Source: Synechocystis sp. PCC 6803 substr. PCC-P (lineage in GTDB: Bacteria; Cyanobacteriota; Cyanobacteriia; Cyanobacteriales; Microcystaceae). Taken from it: 32,000 bases of DNA. The stretch is taken from positions 1,740,001 to 1,772,000 of the forward strand of contig NC_017039.1 in assembly GCF_000284455.1 (NCBI RefSeq), read 5' to 3'. This document shows, piece after piece, positions 27,394 to 32,000 of the stretch. How positions within the stretch are numbered: position 1 is the first letter of the stretch; each line of letters begins with the position of its first letter. Both the position numbers and the translations under genes were made by a program. The notes beneath the pieces are model-generated. The model had not been told where the DNA came from. It was given only the letters and a program-made list of their open reading frames with translations, and searched no databases.

Positions 27394-27723
27394 ATGTTAC
27401 AAACCGCCGAAGCACCTTGGTCCCAAGCTGAAACCCAGTCTGCCCATGCCCTGTTCCGTAAGGCCTACCAAAGAGAATTGGATGGACTGTTGGCAACGGT
27501 GCAAGCCCAAGCTTCCCAAATTACGCAGATCGATGATCTTTGGAAACTCCATGATTTTTTGAGTGCAAAACGCCACGAAATTGATGGCAAGTACGACGAT
27601 CGCCAGTCGGTGATTATTTTTGTTTTTGCCCAACTGCTCAAGGAAGGTCTGGTGCAAGCGGAGGAATTGACTTTTTTAGCCGCCGATAAGCAATCTAAAA
27701 TTAAGGCCCTGGCCCGGCTGTGA
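27394..27723 (+). CDS. frp: Fluorescence recovery protein (109 aa; ORF also open from 27319)
   Basis: MLQTAEAPWSQAETQSAHALFRKAYQRELDGLLATVQAQASQITQIDDLWKLHDFLSAKRHEIDGKYDDRQSVI matches FRP; immediately downstream of ocp. Confidence 0.95.
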   Translation: MLQTAEAPWSQAETQSAHALFRKAYQRELDGLLATVQAQASQITQIDDLWKLHDFLSAKRHEIDGKYDDRQSVIIFVFAQLLKEGLVQAEELTFLAADKQSKIKALARL

Positions 27724-27775
27724 TTCTAGTAAATATCTAAAACTCCACAACTATGTTCCTGGGGGGAAATGGAAT

Positions 27776-29446
27776 TCATCTGTTAGTCATTTCTCCGCTG
27801 CCTTGCTTGCTGTAGGTGTACACCGTTTGGGGCTGCCATTGGTTTAGGGCGTCGGCGGTGAGGTCGGCAAAGGATACATTTTCCCGGTCCAGACTGACTT
27901 GGAGAGTTTCCATGGGGTCTTTCCCTTGGGCGATGAGGAATGCTAGAGCCTGTAGGTCTGGCCATTGTTTGAGCTGTACGAGAAAATCCTTTACCAAAGC
28001 GGGGTAGGGAGAATGGTCGTGCTTTTGCCAAGGCTGGCCCGATGGTAAGTTTTGGTCTAGGCCGACGTGGAAAATTAGGCTATTTTTGCCAAATAGGGCG
28101 ATCGCCACGGGGCGGTTGTCTTCATGCACCATGAGGGGGGTTCCCTGTAACAGGGCCCGGATTTTTTCCAATTTTTCGTACCGTTGTTGGGCCGAAGCAA
28201 CGTTGGGAGTAAATTTAATGGCGATCGCCAGCAGATAGTTTTTGACTAACCAGTGCCCTAGTTTTTCTGCCTTGGTGGTCAGGTAATGGGAGTTATAGTC
28301 GTTGGCCTCAATTAACAGGGGCACCCGTTCGACAATTTCTAGACCGTAGCCTTTCAGTCCGGCAATTTTACGGGGATTGTTGGTGATCAAACGGATTTGT
28401 TTCACCCCTAAATCGTTGAGCATTTGCGCCCCCATGCCGTAGTCCCGCAGATCCGCCGGAAAACCTAATCTTTCATTCGCTTCCACGGTGTCATAGCCCA
28501 AATCCTGTAGGGAATAGGCCTTGAGCTTATTGACCAAACCAATACCCCGGCCTTCCTGGCGGAGATAAACCACCACCCCCAAACCATGGTTTTCCAGCAT
28601 TTTGAGGGCCGCCTGGAGTTGCATGCGGCAATCACAACGGAGAGAACCCAGGGCATCCCCCGTTAAACATTCTGAATGCATCCGCACCATCACCGGCTGT
28701 TGACCAAATTCACTAGGATCACCCTTCACAATGGCAATGTGCTCTGTTTGATCCAATAAATTGCGGTAGGCGTAGAGTTTAAACTCCCCAAACTGGCTGG
28801 GAAATTCACAGATGGTTTCCCGTTGCACAAAGCGGTCATGTTGGAGTCGGTAACTGATTAAATCGGCAATGCTGATCAGTTTGAGGTCATATTTGCGGGC
28901 ATACTCCACCAATTCCGGTAGGCGGGCCATGGAGCCATCGGCATTTTGAATTTCGCAAATTACCCCCGCTGGATAGAGTCCTGCTAGGCGAGAAAGATCG
29001 ACTGCCGCCTCGGTGTGGCCGGCTCGTTTCAGTACTCCCCCAGTTTTGGCCCGCAGAGGGAAAATATGGCCAGGTCGGGAAAGGTCCTCCGGGCGGGTGA
29101 CGGGGTTAATGGCAATCTGGATCGTCCGGGCCCGGTCTTCGGCGGAAATCCCTGTGGTTACGCCCAAATGGGGGGCTGCATCAATGCTGACGGTGAAAGC
29201 GGTTTGGTTGCTGTCGGTGTTTTTACTGACCATCAAGGGCAGATCCAATTCGTCCAGGCGATCACCAGTCATGGCTAGGCAAATCAAGCCCCGGGCTTCC
29301 ACTGCCATAAAGTTAACTAGAGCAGGGGTGGCAAATTGGGCCGCACAGATTAAATCCCCTTCATTTTCTCGATTTTCGTCGTCCACCACCACCACGGCCT
29401 TGCCCGCTTTAATGTCAGCTAGGGCTGCATCAATGGCATCAAACAT
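27776..29446 (-). CDS. ribBA: Bifunctional 3,4-dihydroxy-2-butanone 4-phosphate synthase / GTP cyclohydrolase II with C-terminal extension (start trimmed to MFDAIDAAL at 29446)
   Basis: [19 protein letters not shown]; [20 protein letters not shown]; [18 protein letters not shown]; [17 protein letters not shown]. Confidence 0.95.
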   Translation of the reverse strand: MFDAIDAALADIKAGKAVVVVDDENRENEGDLICAAQFATPALVNFMAVEARGLICLAMTGDRLDELDLPLMVSKNTDSNQTAFTVSIDAAPHLGVTTGISAEDRARTIQIAINPVTRPEDLSRPGHIFPLRAKTGGVLKRAGHTEAAVDLSRLAGLYPAGVICEIQNADGSMARLPELVEYARKYDLKLISIADLISYRLQHDRFVQRETICEFPSQFGEFKLYAYRNLLDQTEHIAIVKGDPSEFGQQPVMVRMHSECLTGDALGSLRCDCRMQLQAALKMLENHGLGVVVYLRQEGRGIGLVNKLKAYSLQDLGYDTVEANERLGFPADLRDYGMGAQMLNDLGVKQIRLITNNPRKIAGLKGYGLEIVERVPLLIEANDYNSHYLTTKAEKLGHWLVKNYLLAIAIKFTPNVASAQQRYEKLEKIRALLQGTPLMVHEDNRPVAIALFGKNSLIFHVGLDQNLPSGQPWQKHDHSPYPALVKDFLVQLKQWPDLQALAFLIAQGKDPMETLQVSLDRENVSFADLTADALNQWQPQTVYTYSKQGSGEMTNR

Positions 29447-29717
29447 CGGTAAATCGGACGGGATACGGGGGACAGAAACGTTCAAGGTGCAGAAAAGGAA
29501 AAAGTTAAAACTTAAGAAGCTGGAGGAAAATTGACAACGGTGGTCGCAGAAGATCGACTGTTGCAACAATTTAGCTTTGTTAACTATTTTAAAGCTTTTC
29601 TGGGAAGGCTTTGGTTTCTTCGTCGTAGGGGATGAATTTCTCTAAAAAAGGGAAACTTATTCTGCCATGGCTATAGTCCTATGATGGAAAGCGCCCTGGT
29701 TCCGCTGGCCCCCATCC

Positions 29718-30449
29718 ATGATTGACCGCGAATTTTTGCTTGACCCCAATTCCCACTCCCCATCCGACCTTTCCTCGGCTAAAAGTCGCCCCTGGTTAGC
29801 TTCCCCCTGGCCCTGGACCATGGCGATCGCCGTTTTGTTGGGTTGGGGAGGTATGGCCCTGTGGCAGTCCCCTTGGTCGAAGCTAAAACTACCTTCTTTC
29901 TCCAGTTCGGTGGAAATCGCCCCTCTAGTGATGGAAGGGGGGGATCCCTATCTGCGGGCCTTGATGCGGACCATCAGTGCTAGTGAAGCCAATACGCCCC
30001 AACCCTATAACGTTATTTACGGGGGACAGCATGTCCAGGACTTGAGCGAACATCCCAACCGTTGCGTCAAAATTTTTATGGGGCCGAATCGGGGCAATTG
30101 CAGTACTGCCTCTGGGCGTTACCAGTTTTTGAATACCACCTGGGCTGAAAAAGCGGGTAAATATCATCCCCAGCCCCAGAAATTTTTGCTCTGGAAAAAT
30201 TACAGCTTTGAGCCGGAGTACCAGGACCAAGTGCTTTACCGTTGGCTAGCTGATACCAAAGCCTGGGGGATGGATATTGGGGCCCAATTGCGGGCAGGGC
30301 ATCTAGACCAGGTTTTGCGTCACCTTTCCCCCACTTGGACTAGTTTGGGCTACGGCATTGAGGACAATGTGATTACCAGACGTTTACCGGAACTTTATCA
30401 AAAGTTGTTGCAAGAAGAATTGCTTTTGGCCCACCATCATCAGGATTGA
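29718..30449 (+). CDS. Lysozyme/muramidase-like protein (GH24-type) with N-terminal transmembrane anchor
   Basis: 243 aa; hydrophobic N-terminal segment; LRALMRTISASEANTPQPYNVIYGGQHV...GNCSTASGRYQFLNTTWAEKAGKY resembles phage-type muramidase domains. Confidence 0.75.
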   Translation: MIDREFLLDPNSHSPSDLSSAKSRPWLASPWPWTMAIAVLLGWGGMALWQSPWSKLKLPSFSSSVEIAPLVMEGGDPYLRALMRTISASEANTPQPYNVIYGGQHVQDLSEHPNRCVKIFMGPNRGNCSTASGRYQFLNTTWAEKAGKYHPQPQKFLLWKNYSFEPEYQDQVLYRWLADTKAWGMDIGAQLRAGHLDQVLRHLSPTWTSLGYGIEDNVITRRLPELYQKLLQEELLLAHHHQD

Positions 30450-30485
30450 AGGGATTTGACAAAAAATTTATTCCTAGTTGTCCCC

Positions 30486-31271
30486 TTAGCCACAAACCGC
30501 AGTGTGCCTGACTGGAATTTGTCTCGCTTCTAAAAAGGTTTTCAACTCCCCAATGGTTAACTGACCATAGTGCAATAGGGAAGCTAACAGTGCCGCTTCA
30601 GCTTTGCCTTCCGTGAATGCTTCGTACACGTGCTGACAATTACCCGCTCCCCCGGAAGCAATCACCGGAATTTCCACCCGTTCGGCGATCGCCGCTGTGA
30701 GGGCCAGATCGTAACCCGCTTGGGTGCCATCCCCGTCCATACTGGTGACCAGCAATTCCCCTGCCCCCCGTTTGGCCACTTCCTCCGCCCAGGCGATCGC
30801 ATCTAGGCCGGTGTTTTCCCGCCCCCCCCGCACATACACATCCCAGCCGGGATTATCCGCATCTAACCGACGACGGGCATCGATCGCCACCACAATGCAT
30901 TGCCGCCCAAAACGGTCACTAGCTCGACTAATAAAGTCCGGGTCCCGCACAGCAGAGGAATTAACACTCACCTTATCTGCCCCAGCCCGGAGCAGATTTT
31001 TAATATGTTCCAACGTAGAAATGCCGCCCCCTACCGTTAGGGGAATAAACACCTCTTCCGCAGTGCGATAAACCACATCAATAATGGTGTCCCGTTGCTC
31101 GTGGGTAGCAGTGATGTCTAAAAACACCAACTCGTCTGCCCCCGCTTCGTTATAGGCCCGGGCCAACTCCACCGGATCCCCGGCATCTTGGAGATCAACA
31201 AAGTTTATGCCCTTGACCACCCGCCCTGCATTGACATCTAAACAAGGCAAAATCCGTTTTGCTAAGGTCAT
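30486..31271 (-). CDS. hisF: Imidazole glycerol phosphate synthase subunit HisF
   Basis: 261 aa; [37 protein letters not shown]...[29 protein letters not shown]. Confidence 0.97.
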   Translation of the reverse strand: MTLAKRILPCLDVNAGRVVKGINFVDLQDAGDPVELARAYNEAGADELVFLDITATHEQRDTIIDVVYRTAEEVFIPLTVGGGISTLEHIKNLLRAGADKVSVNSSAVRDPDFISRASDRFGRQCIVVAIDARRRLDADNPGWDVYVRGGRENTGLDAIAWAEEVAKRGAGELLVTSMDGDGTQAGYDLALTAAIAERVEIPVIASGGAGNCQHVYEAFTEGKAEAALLASLLHYGQLTIGELKTFLEARQIPVRHTAVCG

Positions 31272-31484
31272 AATTTTATTGCAAATATTTCAAACAAAAA
31301 TTGTGGTCAATGTGAATTAAACGAAGCAAATAAAACATCCGAACCCGGCAATTTGTCCGTAGTATCCCAAAGATTAAGCTCGAATGGGGCGGTGAAGTTC
31401 CATTTCCCCATCCAAGTCCCTTGGCCGACAAATACATTTTCCCAGCAACTTAGTTGAGGGGAAGGTTTTCTGTTGACTATTGAT

Positions 31485-32000
31485 TTAGAAACCAAAGCTG
31501 GGGAAAGGAATGGGCACCGGCAAACTGGGGATAGGGGGAGAGTAGTTCACTCCGCCGGTGGAACAACTCAGCCCGGGCAAAAGGTTGGAGCACATACTCT
31601 GCAAGGCTCCATCCGGAGTGATCGGAATGCTGAAGCCATTGAACAAACTACCACTCAAAAGGGCGACTAACTCCTCCGGAGTCATGGGAATCACAGAACC
31701 GAGGATGCCCTCCAAAACACTGACCTTTTCCCCCGCTTTAACCCGAGTTCTTTGCTGTGGATTTTCCGGATCACTAACCAACACCGCCCCCTCCAGAACC
31801 TTAATTTCCCCCGATTGACCTTCATTCCTTTCCATGACATACACTGTGCCAGTCACCGCCACACTGACCCCCGCCATACAACCATTGACAGGACCACTGG
31901 CCAGCAACTTACCCCGTTCCAACTCTACGCATTGACCGACAATTACGCTGGCATTTTCGCTCAATCTTCCTGACGCCCCATTATTAAACAATATTCCGGC
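31485..32000 (-). CDS. FecR-like domain hypothetical protein (5' end may lie beyond the right edge)
   Basis: ASVIVGQCVELERGKLLASGPVNGCMAGVSVAVTGTVYVMERNEGQSGEIKVLEGAVLVSDPENPQQRTRVKAGEKVSV resembles FecR-type beta-rich domains; ORF reaches the edge. Confidence 0.6.
   Translation of the reverse strand, partial: AGILFNNGASGRLSENASVIVGQCVELERGKLLASGPVNGCMAGVSVAVTGTVYVMERNEGQSGEIKVLEGAVLVSDPENPQQRTRVKAGEKVSVLEGILGSVIPMTPEELVALLSGSLFNGFSIPITPDGALQSMCSNLLPGLSCSTGGVNYSPPIPSLPVPIPFPSFGF

Noticed and set aside
1-32000. CRISPR arrays, rRNA and tRNA genes
   Set aside because: No regularly spaced repeats, rRNA segments or clear cloverleaf sequences were recognised by eye. A tRNAscan-SE or Infernal run would be needed to exclude small RNAs.

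Overview
The window reads as ordinary cyanobacterial chromosome, consistent with Synechocystis sp. PCC 6803 or a near-identical strain. Motifs or known proteins support panC-cmk (left edge), ccaA/icfA, cysE, pgi, desA, murF, cytM, rplI, a B12-binding radical SAM protein (DUF4070-like), a TPR protein, a GUN4-domain protein, a Vat/CatB-like hexapeptide acetyltransferase, hypC, ctaB, ctaA, a TRAP-type substrate-binding lipoprotein, a FHA-PAS-GGDEF-EAL protein, ocp, frp, ribBA, a lysozyme-like protein and hisF. A few conserved hypothetical genes are also present. The best candidate for an undescribed system is at 18.95-22.7 kb. There an 833-aa fusion of a DEDDh (DnaQ-like) exonuclease with a P-loop ATPase lies convergent to a stand-alone EVE-domain protein. 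Next to them is a decayed IS701-like transposase joined directly to a truncated Uma2-family gene. Other sequence-level signals are: a near-consensus CRP site upstream of murF; a perfect 9-bp inverted repeat upstream of ocp; an IS200/IS605-like right-end hairpin immediately 5' of pgi; and a ~130-bp MITE-like element with ~20-bp terminal inverted repeats abutting a TPR gene stop codon. No CRISPR array, rRNA or tRNA was recognised by eye.
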